A DNA stretch of 63,625 nucleotides, filler included, from Octopus bimaculoides (taxonomy: Eukaryota): the NCBI RefSeq assembly GCF_001194135.2. It is 11 parts of 11 records of this genome, joined end to end, with 100 filler letters (N's around TTAATTAATTAA, not from the genome) between each part and the next. Parts side by side here need not be neighbours in the genome. Positions count along the whole stretch, not along the records: positions 20,247 to 31,774 come from NC_068983.1; positions 31,875 to 38,546 come from NC_068984.1; positions 38,647 to 45,069 come from NC_068988.1; 8 more parts are not named here. One strand, 5' to 3'. The notes under the pieces were generated by a model. That model had not been told where the DNA came from, did not search any database, and saw only the letters and a list, made by a program, of their open reading frames with translations. The translations under genes were made by a program, and so were the position numbers. How positions within the stretch are numbered: the first letter of the stretch is position 1; every line of letters starts with the position of its first letter. Below are positions 26,444 through 40,007 of the stretch, in pieces.

Positions 26444-27706
26444 GTTCTGTTCGATTTTACCTTTTTAAAAAATTGAATGAAATTTAATAGCATTTTAGAA
26501 TGTCTAATGGAATTAAAAATTATTTTTATGCATTTGTGTACATTTAAACTTATTAAATATTATTTTACTGAATAATAGAATTAGAATTTCTTTGATTAAA
26601 ACCCTTTCTAACATGGGAGTATCCAAAGAGCATTTGAGGCACATAATGCTTTATGAGTACAAAAAAGGAAACTCTGCAGCCAATGCGACTCGAAACATAC
26701 ACTCAGTTTATGAGAAAGAATGCTTGAATGAAAGAACATGCAGAAGATGGTTTGCAAAATTCAGAAGTGGAGATTTCAGCCTTGAAGATGATGATCGAAC
26801 AAGACGTCCAGTTGAGTTTGATGATAAGCTCCTTGAGGCATTACTTGAAGCAAATCCTGCATTATCATTTGAAGAAGTATAGTTCAAACCATACAATTGT
26901 TCATCGTCATCTTCAATAACTTTGAAAGTTTTCTAAACTTGGAAAATGAGTGCCTCATGAATTGTCCGAAAGCAACCGTAAATCCCGAGTTGACATCTGC
27001 TCTTCTCTCCATTCTCACGAACTCATTTCGCTCTTTTTGTATAGACTTGTGACTGGTGACGAAAAATGGATCTTCTATCGAAATGTTAAACGTCCTAAAC
27101 AGTGGCTTGGTAAAAAGGAAAAGGCTCAACCACAACCGAGAAGGGAATTTCATGGAATAAAGTTTCTTCTCTCTATCTGGTGGGATTGCAAAAGAGTAAT
27201 TCACTTTGAATTGTTACCGCCTAATGCAACAATCAATACTCAAGTCTACTGTCAGCAATTAGAGCGTTTGAACCAAGCTCTGAAGAAAAAATACCCTCTT
27301 TAGTGAATCGAAAAGTTGTGATGTTTTATCAGGACAATGCGTTACCCCACACTGTAAAGACCACATTACAGAAGATCGAAGAGCTTGGTTGGGAAAAAAC
27401 TCCCCATCCACCTTATTCTCCCAACCTTGCTCCTTCAGACTACCATTTGTTTCATAGTTTACAGAATCATTTGGGTGACATAACTTTCGCAAACCAGGAG
27501 GAGGTCGAAACTGACATTTCAGAGTTCTTCGCTTTGAAACTAAAAGAGTTTTACATTGATAGGATTAAAAAGCTTGTAAATAGATGGACCGAAGTCATAG
27601 ATAATGAGGGAAAGTACATTGATGATTAAATTTCAATTAAATATAATATTTGATCACTTGTTTTCTTTATTCAAAATTCGGACAGATCTTATGGGATGAT
27701 CTGATA
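26444..27706 (+). mobile_element. mariner DNA transposon; right TIR ends ...cggacagatcttatgggatgatctga-TA, left TIR truncated by the gap
   Basis: 26444 gttctgttcgatttt approximates the reverse complement of the inner right TIR; TA follows the right end; encloses a transposase pseudogene. Confidence 0.88.
26613..27629 (+). pseudogene. mariner DD34D transposase pseudogene (mellifera-subfamily-like)
   Basis: HTH region WFAKFRSGDFSL, (W>*)VPHEL, TGDEKW, QDNA-x34-D within HPPYSPNLAPSDYHLF; stops and frameshifts near 26880, 26948 and 27300. Confidence 0.92.
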
Positions 27707-27734
27707 GTAAATCCAGTAAAAAACGAAGAATAAA

Positions 27735-27960
27735 CAGAATAAAGCAACAACGCGAGGACGTGGTACATGTAAAATATTAGCAGACGCTGAGTGAAGAAAG
27801 AAAGGTGGTTTAACGTTTCGAGCAAAGCTCTTCAGAAACACAGGAAAGTCCAGTAGAAAAGGGAGACGGAGGAAAAGAAATCACCAACGATTCACATGCG
27901 GTTACATTTTGAAATGACCGGATGGGAATGGGTGAAGAAAAGTTCTTTCTAAGGCAGGCG
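27735..27960 (-). mobile_element. Family F element (hammerhead-like motif at 27812-27835)
   Basis: Minus strand GUUU-CUGAA-GAGC-UUU-GCUC-GAAA-CGUU-AAAC; downstream homology to 59655-59750. Confidence 0.6.
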
Positions 27961-27984
27961 AGTGTAAGAGAAGGTATGTGTAGA

Positions 27985-29098
27985 TATGTGCGTGCGTGTG
28001 TAATAGCATATGTGTGTTTGTGTGTATATGCGTGTATGTGCCGTGTTTGTGTGGTGTTGGCTGTTTATATGTGTATGTGTGAGTGAAGTTTGTGTTTCTT
28101 AAAGTTGTAGGAAGAATTCAGGAGCATGGTAACAGGAGTGGTCGTCCTTTGTGTAGTTGTGTGTCTCTTCACATGTGCGTAGAGGGTCAGTAGAAAGGTG
28201 TTTGACTGGTAGTTTGAAGTATGTGTGTGCGTATATGTATGTGTTGTGTGTGTGTGTTTTGTGCGTAGTATGTGCATGCGTGTGTGTGTGTACGTGTGTT
28301 TATGTGCGTGTGTGTATGTGTGTGTGCGTAGGTCTGTATGTGGAGATTTATGTGCGTTTCTCTCTGTGTGTGTGTGTGTGTGCGTGTGTGTGTGCGTGCG
28401 TACGCGCGCGTGTGTATGTGTGTGTGTATATGCCCATGTATGTGTATGTGTGTGCGTGTATGTATGTGTTCTGTGTGTGGGAGGTATGTGTGCGTCCATG
28501 TGTGTGTGTGTGTGTGTATCTGTGTGCATGTGTATATGTGTGCGTGCGTGTGTCTGCGTGTGTGTGCGTGTGTATGTGTGTGCGTGTGTATGTGTGTGTA
28601 CGTGTGTGCGTGGGATTGTGTGTGAGGAGGTATATGTGCATTTTTGTGCGCGTGTGTGTATGTGCGTGTAGTTGTATGTACATGTGTGCGCGTGCGTGTA
28701 CGTGTGTGTTGTGTGTGTACATGTATGTGCGCGTTGTGTGTGTGAAGTGTGAGAGAGGTATAAGAGGTGCATTCATGTCTGTGTGCTTGCTTGCGTGTGT
28801 GTGTGCGCGCGCGTGTGTGTATGTATGCGTGTCTGTGTATGCATGCGTGTGTGTATGTTAGTGTGTGCATGGGGTTGTGTATGTGGAAGTATATGTGCGT
28901 TCCTGTATGCGCGTGTGTGCGTGTATATGTGTGTGTGTGTGCGTATGCGTGCTTGTATGTGTGTGTATGTATGTGCATGTATGTGTGTTGTGTGTGGTGT
29001 GTGTAGAAGGTATACATGTGCTCATGTGTGTTGCGCATGCGAATATTTGTGCGTGCGTGTGTATATGTACGTGTGTGTATTTATGTGTGCGTGTATAT
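27985..29098. repeat. Long degenerate (TG/CG)n dinucleotide field
   Basis: Direct observation; source of the His/Thr and Cys/Val ORFs. Confidence 0.9.
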
Positions 29099-29689
29099 AG
29101 AAATAGAATATAATAAAATGAGGGGAAAAAGTGGGGGAAGGGTAAAAGATGTAAAGATAAAAAAAATGAAAAAAATTACAAAATATAAGAGATACAAGAT
29201 AAAAATAAATAATTAAAATTAAAGGGATAAAATAGAAATTAATATAATTATAAAAAAAATTAATGCAATTAAAAAGTTAAACAATTCGACGGGAAAAAAG
29301 AACGATAAAAAATCGAAAGAAAGGTAACTGTAAAAAAAGTAAGTGGTTATAGGAGAGGATAAAATAACGAGGGTAAAACCCAATAATATAAAATATATAC
29401 ATATATACGAATATAAAAGGTGATAAAACCTAAAAGGGTAATATGAGTGAAGTCGAATGAAGAAAAATTTATAGATTAAGTTAATGTATATTAAAAGCGA
29501 CTAAAAATTTAAGGCGATGAAACTAAAATAATATAAATGTAAATAAAGGACTAAGCGATAACCAGAAAAGGATCCTTTTGAAATCCATCTCTACGATCCA
29601 TTTTGGTAATCCAAGAATAATGACCTTTTCGTCAGGAGAATATCCTCAAAAGTCCCACATTTCTGGTTGCCTATCGATTCTGGTTGTCA

Positions 29690-29875
29690 TTGCCTTTGGA
29701 TGGTGTGTTTATGTCCCCTGTAACTTAACGGTTCAGCCAAAAACCGATAGAATAAGTACTAGGCTCACAAAGCATAAGTCCTGTGGTCGATTTCTTCGAC
29801 TAACACCCTTTAAGGCGGTGCTTCAACATGGCTGCAGACAAATGACTGAAACAAATAACAGGATAAAAGGATATA
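29690..29875 (+). mobile_element. SINE family C 3' tail
   Basis: accgatagaataagtactaggctc ... catggctgcagacaaatgactgaaaca matches 51500-51620. Confidence 0.75.
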
Positions 29876-29878
29876 TAG

Positions 29879-29967
<89 letters not shown>

Positions 29968-30079
29968 CATGCATACATGTGTATATACGTGTGTGTCTAT
30001 GTGTGTGAGCGTTTCTATGTATACGGATGTATGAATATACATATGTTGTATGCGGAAAAGAAAGTATAATTCACCTACT

Positions 30080-31290
30080 TCTCGGGGTCTCTAGTAGCAT
30101 CGATCCTTTCCGTGCCTTAACCGTCTAACGTCATTGACCCTATACTTCCTGTTCACCTCATTCCCACACTCCCTCTAATCTCAAAGATAACCTCATCACC
30201 TCACTCCATGTCAAAATCTGCCATCAACTTGGATAGACGTCTCATCCACTGTGATCACAGCAGGGATGGAGCACTGCTCGTATCCTCTCCTCCTCCTTCA
30301 TCGCCCGACGAATTGGTGATCCTGCGAACATCCAAAACATGATACGACATTCCTTCTACAGACACGTTATTCTGAGAATTAGCGGCCGTTATTATTCCTT
30401 TCCCCCATTGAAAAGTACAGAATACATTTGGGGGTTTGATCTAGACCTACCCTGCACAAAGGCAGGTTCTCTCTCTTCTACATGTCGCTGTGAGTGGAGG
30501 CGCAATGGCCCAGTGGTTAGGGCAGCGGACTCGCGGTTTCGATTCCCAGACCGGGCGTTGTGAGTGTTTATTGAGCGAAAACACCTAAAGCTCCACGAAG
30601 CTCCGGCAGGGGATGGTGGCGAACCCTGCTGTACTCTTTCACCACAACTTTCTCTCACTCTTACTTCCTGTTTCTGTTGTGCCTGTAATTCAAAGGGTCA
30701 GCCTTGTCACACTGTGTCACGCTGAATATCCCCGAGAACTACGTTAAGGGTACACGTGTCTGTGGAGTGCTCAGCCACTTGCACGTTAATTTCACGAGCA
30801 GGCTGTTCCGTTGATCGGATCGACTGGAACTCTCGACGTCGTAAGCGACGGAGTGCCAACAACAACAACATGTCGCTGTGATACCGGACACGGATGACAC
30901 TATTCATATCTGAATATTGTTCTGTATGGCACCGGTTTCTCAACATCTAACCGAGGTGGCATATACCAAAATGTCATATCAGCTGATATTTCCGTAATTT
31001 CTCACTCACGTGTATCTTCAGGTATGCCGACTACAGGTTGACGATTGTGGCAGCCCTCGTCATCCGCCTCCATTCTTACAATGTTTCCCCACAGACATCG
31101 GTAACCTTGCCGCCCGTGTGGGACGATACGTAGTTATTAAGCTCTCTATAATCCAGTATTGATCTGACCTTGCCTTTCGTTGGCTGCACCATTGCCACTA
31201 GCAGCAGCATTCCGCTCTTACTTTTCCTTTTCAAGGCATTAAAATGCTCTCTTCGATTCGTTTGAATATATTTTAAGTATCATAAAATGT
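30080..31290 (-). mobile_element. Gypsy-type LTR retrotransposon pol remnant (RT start fused by deletion to the integrase C-terminus), interrupted by a SINE
   Basis: Minus strand KGKVRSILDYRELNNYVSSHTGG..VCGETL*EWRR..IVNL*SAYLKIHV..LRKYQ (RT), then VPYRTIFRYE*CHP.. and KPPNVFCTFQWGKGIITAANSQNNVSVEGMSYHVLDVRR (post-integrase motif). Recognised from memory. Confidence 0.62.
30494..30867 (+). mobile_element. tRNA-derived SINE family A with perfect 14-bp target-site duplication
   Basis: acatgtcgctgtga at 30480-30493 and 30868-30881; A-box tggcccagtggttagg, B-box gtttcgattccc; (AAC)n tail. Confidence 0.95.
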
Positions 31291-31873
31291 AGCAGTCTCC
31301 TTCATAGAGCACACTATTTAAATATTTTAATAATCTATGCTATACAGATCCTCGCTTCTCTGGCTCTTCGTCTGTCACACGCTGTCGTTAGATCAACATG
31401 ATAATCAAGTTATTACATTGGAGAAATGAAATATATATCTATATATATAAAAATGAGAATGTGTGTCTGTCTATCTGAATTTCTAAAACTCGAGAACTAC
31501 GCAACCAATTTCATTCAAATTTTACACATGCCTTACTTAGGGTTCCAGTTGTGTTTTAGTAAAAAAAAATTATTAACTTCTTGCAGAGTTCTAGCACACG
31601 GCAACATAATATCTCCTCCACTATTTAAGTATTAAGTGTCAAAAGTGAAACAAAAACACTCATGTCAAATACTTTCACTTAAAAAATGAAACTATTCCAC
31701 TAACTGAAACAATCACATTTCGATACTGTAGTGACAGATACTTTCACAGAGAGAGAAAGAGAGAAAGAGAGAGANNNNNNNNNNNNNNNNNNNNNNNNNN
31801 NNNNNNNNNNNNNNNNNNTTAATTAATTAANNNNNNNNNNNNNNNNNNNNNNNNNNNNNNNNNNNNNNNNNNN

Positions 31874-32121
31874 NTGTGCGGGTGGCACATAAAAGACACC
31901 ATTTCGAGCGTGGCCGTTTTCGTGCGGGTGACACGTAAAAGCACCCACTACACTCTCTGAGTGGTTGGCGTTAGGAAGGGCATCCAGCTGTTGAAACTCT
32001 GCCAAATTAGATTGGAGCCTGGTGTTGCCATCCGGTTTCACCAGTCCTCAGTCAAATCGTCCAACCCATGCTAGCATGGAAAGCGGACGTTAAACGACGA
32101 TGATGATGATGATGATGATGA
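31874..32121 (+). mobile_element. SINE family D (central aggaagggcatccagc domain, (GAT)n tail)
   Basis: Reference copy of a family seen five times in this window. Confidence 0.8.
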
Positions 32122-32869
32122 CAGGGTATCATTTCAGGAGGATTTTGCAGCAATTTCTAGTAGATTAAGCAGCCAAGTAGAGGCTCTCATATTGACTTGT
32201 ATGTAGCTGTGAAGTGTGGTGTACTGATTAGACATTCAATAAAACATAAATCTTTTTTATGAAGAGAAAACAGAGCTGAAATACCAACCATAAATTGATG
32301 CACATGCTGACAAAAAATGCGAAATGAAGAACAATATAAAAACAATTCATTCGTTCAGGTAATATTTCTTCTTCAAATTTATTAAATTCAAGAAAATCAG
32401 AATAGAGAATATGAAAAGAATCTGAGCAGTAGTCGAATGTAAGAACAGTTGAAAATATCAATGAAGAAACAGTTGAAAATTGATGGGGAGGAGGAAAAAT
32501 AAGTTTGAGGTTTCCATTAAAAGAGAAAAAGAAAATTTTATTAAAAATGAATGAAAAAAATTTAGATTTTTATTATTTCATTAGCATCCATTACCTGGAT
32601 TAATAAATACATATATCCAAAATGAAGTTCACAAAAACTTATAAAAGAGAATTTGTAGGGAGAAAGGAAGAGCCTATTTGTCACCATTGTCAATTTTATA
32701 GCTATGCTATTATGGATATGTAAAAACTGAAATAATTATGAGCTACTAATTATCATAAATAAATTACATCTTTTTTTTTTATTCTGGACTAACTAAGGGT
32801 TATATTACACAGGAATACAACTTATAGTGATTTATTCTGCAGACAGCAAATATCATTATAAATTTACTG

Positions 32870-32904
<35 letters not shown>

Positions 32905-35900
32905 NNNNNNNNNNTTCTGCGGGACAACCTGTTGAAAGCCACCGACCAGATTTGTGGGTGGTGTAAGGTCCCCTCCCGACCCAGAGTAACGTTATGGTTG
33001 CATATTTAAAGAAGGGTTAAATTTCAGTCTGAAACTGGAATATTCTTTGCCCTGTATTTAATAATAGCTTTAACTTTTGTTCTTGAAAAGACTGGTTTCA
33101 TTATAGTCATTAATGTGACATAATTAATAAGGCATCAAAACTTGGAAGAAGAGAAAACAACAACAACAACAGGTTCAAGCTGAGGGTTTTTTTTTTTAAA
33201 TGATTTTTTTTTTCTTCCTGAAATTTTCATTTTGTTCATTAACAAGTAGTTCGAGTTAAAAAGGCCATAAAACCATATTGTTGAGTCAGTGTCACAGATG
33301 TTGCAGCTGGAATTGATTACAGAGATTAAAGTTTATTGTCTTTGAAATAGAATTTGTTTAAGCATATTATCCACACTGTCAAAGATGGAATAGATAAAGG
33401 CATAACAGTTGGACCTGTTTGATGCTAATTTTAGTTAAATTCGTTCTTACTTCACTAAATTATATTATTTCATTATCTATTTAGTTTAAGAAAAACCTAC
33501 TCTATTTATTATCAGTAATAAATTTCAGTGAATTTTTCAATTATTTACTATTATACTCGTCTTTATCTGAAGAATCTTTCTCAAATCATTGTTTAATTTT
33601 CCCCTGATCATATTTCATTGTATAACTTTAAGCATTAATATAATCTACCTTTCTTGTACATGGAGGGAAGGTATTAAAAAATGGCTTTCGATGTTCAGGG
33701 AAAAAGTTTATTCAAGAATACTATTTATTCTTAAATTCCTGTGCAATATCATAATTAAATGAATAACTGATATGACCAACACTAATTATCAGGAAAACAT
33801 TACAACTTACTACAATACCATACATACACCAATATACAATTAGTAGTTCGAAACAATGCTTCTTGAAATTAATATTTTGCTGTTTTTTTTTTTATATTAA
33901 TTAATGATTTATATATTTTTTAACAATTTTTGTTTATGATTTTAGGTTGCATTTAGCTTTGCAATTTTATTCAATGAATGTAAACATTAGCCATATTCAC
34001 AACTATGTAAAATACATAGTAATAGTCAAAAACAGTAATATGAATTAAAAAATAATGCCATGCAGTTTAGGAGTGTTACTGAAAAAAAAAAAATTCCCCC
34101 AAAAAATTTTGAAATTTTACGACAATGTAAAAAAAAATTGGAAATGGTTTTAAGTTTAACATTGGAAATTTTAAAAATCCAGCTGATTTCCAACATTGAA
34201 AGAAGGGGGGAAAAAAACAGTAATCAGCTTTAAAACTCAGCGATATTTGTAGCATCGTTGAAAAATTGGATGCTGATAAAGTCCTTTGGAAATGAATGAT
34301 CTTTGTATAGGGTGAAAATAAATAGAATGGGATTTGATACAATTAATCAAAGAGAGCTTATTAACTAGCACGATGCTTTGTATGAAATATAAATAATTGA
34401 GGAAGAATGTAGAGATTTGATATTGAATGCATATTTCCCTTGCAACAAGACTTTTATTAGATATTTGGCTCCTGCATTCAACTTTATGTTTGCATATAAG
34501 TCTCCAGTGACCAAGGGAGACAAATTTAGTAACAATACCTAATTTGCTAAAGAAGACATGCTTAAACACCCACATTTACAAAATTACAATATAGAACAAT
34601 CTGATAGCAAAGTGGGAACTAAAAACCGTTAAATAAAGAGATAGGGATGTTAACTAAAAGGGAAAAAATTTTACAATGAGTCACTGATTTTGCTGCTCCC
34701 TCTGGTTATCTGTACACTTTGGTAATAATTACAAAAAGTAAAGAAGACTAAATTAAAATGAGACAGATTAAAATACAAAGAATTTCAAAATTTAAAAAAG
34801 AAAAAAAAAGACAAAAATGTTCCAAATACCACATATTGTCAACGCTTATACAATCACATTGTATCAATTCTAACTGCCCATAAAATCAAGTCTTAAAATG
34901 AGAATTCAAATGAGCCAACTCCGAAAACTATTCTATACTTTGAAGATAAAAAACACAAAATTTAATAATACACTCTTGAAATACCACAGAAGCAGTGACA
35001 TTAACAGGAGTTACAAATGAATAAATGAAAAAAAAAAAAAAAATGAAATTCCACTCCTTTCTCAGATTGTAATCTGAAGATATGAGTTCAAATAATTTCA
35101 GTACCAGTTACAACCAGAGGTTCTTGTTTCTAGGTAATGAAATCGAAACTATTTCATCACAATTATTAGTTCAGGTGATGAGAGATTCAAAAACTCTTCC
35201 TGTTTTTTAATATAAACAGTTTGCATTATGAAATGAAATTAATGTTGCAGATTCTGTACATGGTTGAATAAAAGGCAATGAAAAGAAGAAAATTGAACAA
35301 AATGATTCTGTTTCCACAATTTAAAGTTGTAGAAGAGTCAACAAACTTTTTCAGGGAAATATACACTGGAGTGGGTTTCTGTTGCTCTCACCAACCCAAT
35401 AGCAAAACTTGAATTTAAATGCAAGCTAATTAATTAAACAGCTTAATTATCTCCAATGCTTCAAGCAGTAAGCTGCACAGGCATCATGGTATCTATATTA
35501 CAGTTAGGTTGACTGGACTAGTGAGAATCAGAGAACAACAATGTATAAGACTAATGGCTAGACATGATTCCTTGATTCATTGACCATCTGGTTGATAGTC
35601 CAACGTTTTGTCACAACCATCTATGGCTCTGAATAATTTACATGTCTGCATTTCTGAAATTAATCATTTATAGAGCAGTAAGATCTTCAATAAGGATAAT
35701 AACCTTGTCTTTTGTGTTGCCATTTAGAGATTGAAATGGTATGTGGTTTGTTTGGGGGAATGATGGAGAAGATGAACAACCATACTTTTTTTTTTTTCAA
35801 ATGAGACATAAAACAATCTTTGATACTCATTTCAAGGCAGCTTTTCTCTGTTCATAGATAGCAGATTTGACTTTGTGATGTTTCCAAACTCTTTTACTAG

Positions 35901-37429
35901 AGTAGATAATGAGACCACCTGTCTTTTTTTGTTATAGATGAGCTGAATATGATTATAATATTGATAATGTTGCAGGTGTTACCTTTCATGAACTAAAAGG
36001 AGGAGGATATGGAAATAAAGCACTTTTATGTAAAGGTTTAATATAATTCTTCATATAGCCATGAATATAAATGGAAAGATGTTTTAAGGTTACATATTAC
36101 AGCAGATCATGATTGAATTATAGAAAATGTATTACCTGTGCAGTCAGTTTTATATGTTCCTGTCTAAAATGAAACATGTAGTAACTGGTCTGTATCTATT
36201 TTGGTGTTTATTCAGGACTAACTATAGACTCTCCTTCCAGTGTAGACAAATGTTAAGTTTAAGGAAAGATATTTTTCTTAATTCTATCATGTTTTATCAA
36301 GTATTTGTGCGAAATTAGTTTGTTTAAATTTTCAGTTGAAATGTAAAAATTCTGTATGAATGAATATTAGAGAGATGGAAAGAGAAAAAAAGAAAGAGAG
36401 AAAAAATATTTTACAATTAAGAACCTTATAAATTAATGGCAGCGCCTCGTTATACTTGCTGATTAATTACAATAATGCTACACAAAATAGAATGAGTGGG
36501 ATGATAGCTGATCTACAAAAAAAGCTATGTATGTATGATAGTAACTGAAGTGATTATAGTTTATGCTTTCACTTCTATAACAGAATGTAAAAAGTTGCTA
36601 ATCTTTGTATGAATATTCTAAAAAGAAATTCAGATACCCCACTACCACCACCACCACCCCTGCTTTTAATTATTGATGTCCTCACCACTAAAAAGAAGAA
36701 GAGTAAAGTAAAGCACAGAATCATTGAAGTTTTTGCAATTAATATCTTTTTTAAAATGCTGAATATTGATATTTAAGGGAAATATAGATAAGTATCAGTT
36801 TAGAAGAAAAGCTATATATATANNNNNNNNNNNNNNNNNNNNNNNNNNNNNNNNNNNNNNNNNNNNNNNNNNNNNNNNNNNNNNNNNNNNNNNNNNNNNN
36901 NNNNNNNNNNNNNNNNNNNNNNNNNNNNNNNNNNNNNNNNNNNNNNNNNNNNNNNNNNNNNNNNNNNNNNNNNNNNNNNNNNNNNNNNNNNNNNNNNNNN
37001 NNNNNNNNNNNNNNNNNNNNNNNNNNNNNNNNNNNNNNNNNNNNNNNNNNNNNNNNNNNNNNNNNNNNNNNNNNNNNNNNNNNNNNNNNNNNNNNNNNNN
37101 NNNNNNNNNNNNNNNNNNNNNNNNNNCTGCATAGATTTCCAGCATAAAGGATAAACCATTTGTAACAAATTTATATCAATACTAGAAACTAAAATAATTA
37201 CAATGTTTCCTTATGTTATATTTATGGCAAAATGAGTTTAGATGAAAATGCATACCTTATTAAGCCTACTATAATTTAGAGAGAAGCAGAGGAAAATAGT
37301 TGGGGTGAAGATATAGGAGTGGTGAGAAAGTTATTTATATTTAGAAGCTTTTATGCAACATGTAGTCTACAACCATTTAGAATTAAATCCATTGGGAGTT
37401 GTCAACTGTTTCTAGTTGATGGTGGTCAG

Positions 37430-37890
37430 CCAGTCCGTCTGGTGCTGAGTCAGCTCCACTGGGTCACAGCATTCATTCCATTCCCCTCATTTTCTCGCCA
37501 TTCTCCTCCACATTGTTCCAAACATTTTTCTTAAATCATCTTCCCACCTGATTGGAAGTCTTCTGAGTGGTCTCTTCTGCTCGTACAGGTACCACTTGAG
37601 CACAACTGTACAGCTTCACTGATTCTCTGTGAACCTTACAACAGAACCAACCCATCATAGCTTTGCATGGTGATATTCTGCGATGACGTCCTTCACTCCA
37701 GTTCTATCCCTGGTCTCTTTTTTCTAGATGTGATCTCTTCACAAGATTCCCAACATTGATCTTTCCATGGCTCTCTGCTCTGTAAGCAGGTATTGTTATT
37801 CTTTCTTCATCAAGGCCTAAGTCTCACGTGTATAACATTGCCGGCAAGACTGTGCTGTTGAAGAGATTTGTGTGAGTTGCCTTGTCACGG
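37430..37890 (-). mobile_element. RTE-clade LINE 3' fragment
   Basis: Minus strand LFNSTVLPAMLY...QRAMERSMLGI...RTGVKDVI...*WVGSVVR...WY...KRPLRRLPIRWEDDL, typical of the RTE RT C-terminus. Confidence 0.75.
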
Positions 37891-37909
37891 TTCGCCATAA
37901 AACAATCTT

Positions 37910-37957
<48 letters not shown>

Positions 37958-38646
37958 TGTATATATGTGTGTGAGGGTGTATAATGGCTTAAGACAACTA
38001 ACTGTAAGAGGCGGAAATTTGAGTGAGGAAATAGAGAAAAAAAAATGAAGATATAAATTGGCAAATTAAGGGCCATTAATTGCATAGCAATGCAATAGAA
38101 GTTGAGTCCTGTTCATGTGAAATGCTTCTGCATGCACTAAAGAAGGCTCACTACATCTATTTTATGTTTCAATATATTTATACACCAATGTCATTTCTTA
38201 AATGTCCAAACTATATTAGATGTTTATATTTTTATTTTATCTGAATGTAAAGTTCTTTGTTTTCCCTTTTGCTACTATTTGTTTTTACCTAATTTTCCAT
38301 TCCTTTTTTTTTATTATTATATATAGTCAGGTAAATTCTTTCAGGTATTTCAGAAAGTTTTAATATATCCTAAAATATATTAAGTTTCACAAGAATTGCA
38401 CATAGTTTTGATTTTGTCTCTTTTAACAAATAGTTTTAGGTCAATGACTTTTTATTTACAGTGCATAATATTGGGTTTGTGAAGCAATCTGCAATTAATT
38501 CATTTATAGCATTTGTTTTAAGGTAAACCTTCAGAAGAAGATCGGTNNNNNNNNNNNNNNNNNNNNNNNNNNNNNNNNNNNNNNNNNNNNTTAATTAATT
38601 AANNNNNNNNNNNNNNNNNNNNNNNNNNNNNNNNNNNNNNNNNNNN

Positions 38647-38696
<50 letters not shown>

Positions 38697-39963
38697 GCAT
38701 TCATACTTACGCATACATACGCACAAAAGACAGACAAAAACACAAATACATATACACTAGCATATGATACTCATATATATACACACATACGTATATGCAC
38801 ACACACGAAGACACAAGCACACTTATATAGATACACATTCATACGCACGCTCGCAAATACCCACATACACACACACACATACATACGCACATGCACACAC
38901 AGACAAGCATTCCACACACACACACACACACTATTGATTCCCGGTGGCTGATGAATGAATGCAGTTTTCTGGCATTAAAAATATTTATACAAAACCAATT
39001 GTCGCATCGATTATTCGATCTCTTTTTATTTATTTTGTTTATTTCGTTTGACCAACAAGATTTTGCCTGCCTAGGTACAATTAATTTATTTTCCTTAATT
39101 ACAAACAAGCTAATTTATCGATCTCTGACTTAGGTACAAGGCTATACATTTTGGAAAGAAAATACAATCGATCATATGGTATTTTTCAACATATACATCC
39201 CAATTTTGTGAGTAATAATGATGAGGCTACCGGTTTCAACCTCGACAATCGCTAGAATACTGAATTACTAAAAGGGAGACTTTCACGCTACTGCGATCAT
39301 CAGGCAAAGCAGAATTATTTTACACTGCCATTGATGTCATTTAGGTAGTAGATTTAGGCAGACGGCAGCTGTGTCGACATACAGCCAATGTTTAATTGTT
39401 TTCATAATTGCCATCATAATTTGGATTGGTGCACAATGCGTTTACTCTCAAAATTTTTATCAACTTATAAAATCTAAGTTCTTTTACTGCACTCTGTAGA
39501 CAGTGCAACGGATTGATTCTTTTGTGTATAGCTATACTTTTCATCAGCCTCTTTCTTTCTAAATATTTTCCTTCTCAGCAGTTGTCTACTGCTGCTGTCT
39601 TTTCCCTTAGTAATTCTGTGGTTCTTTAACTTTCATTGGTCAATTTCACTATTATATGCTGGTTGACACTTGTTTTAAATTCATGTCTTTTTTTGGTTAT
39701 TGCTACCGCCTTTGTTTAGCCACTTGAGAAGCTGACCTCAATTTTCTTGCCGACAAAGTAATCATATTCTGTCTTGCTCAATTTTTGGCATTACTCAGCT
39801 ATTTTGTTAAATTTCTATTAATTTCCATGTTTGCTCATGCATGGAGCTATAGTCTATACAGAAAGCAGGAGTTAGGTACAGTACCCCTGAGCATGGCAGA
39901 GTTGGACCTATCTGGATTGCTGGCTGAACACACACACACACACACACACACACNNNNNNNNNN

Positions 39964-40002
<39 letters not shown>

Positions 40003-40007
<5 letters not shown>

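Noticed and set aside
30494-30560. Functional tRNA gene calls for SINE heads (families A, B, C)
   Set aside because: A/B boxes are present but cloverleafs are incomplete and continue into SINE bodies and tails.
32030-32056. Minus-strand CUGAGGA-CUGGU-GAAAC in family D (also at ~21685)
   Set aside because: Hammerhead-like core but no stem II and no convincing stem I or III; probably coincidental.
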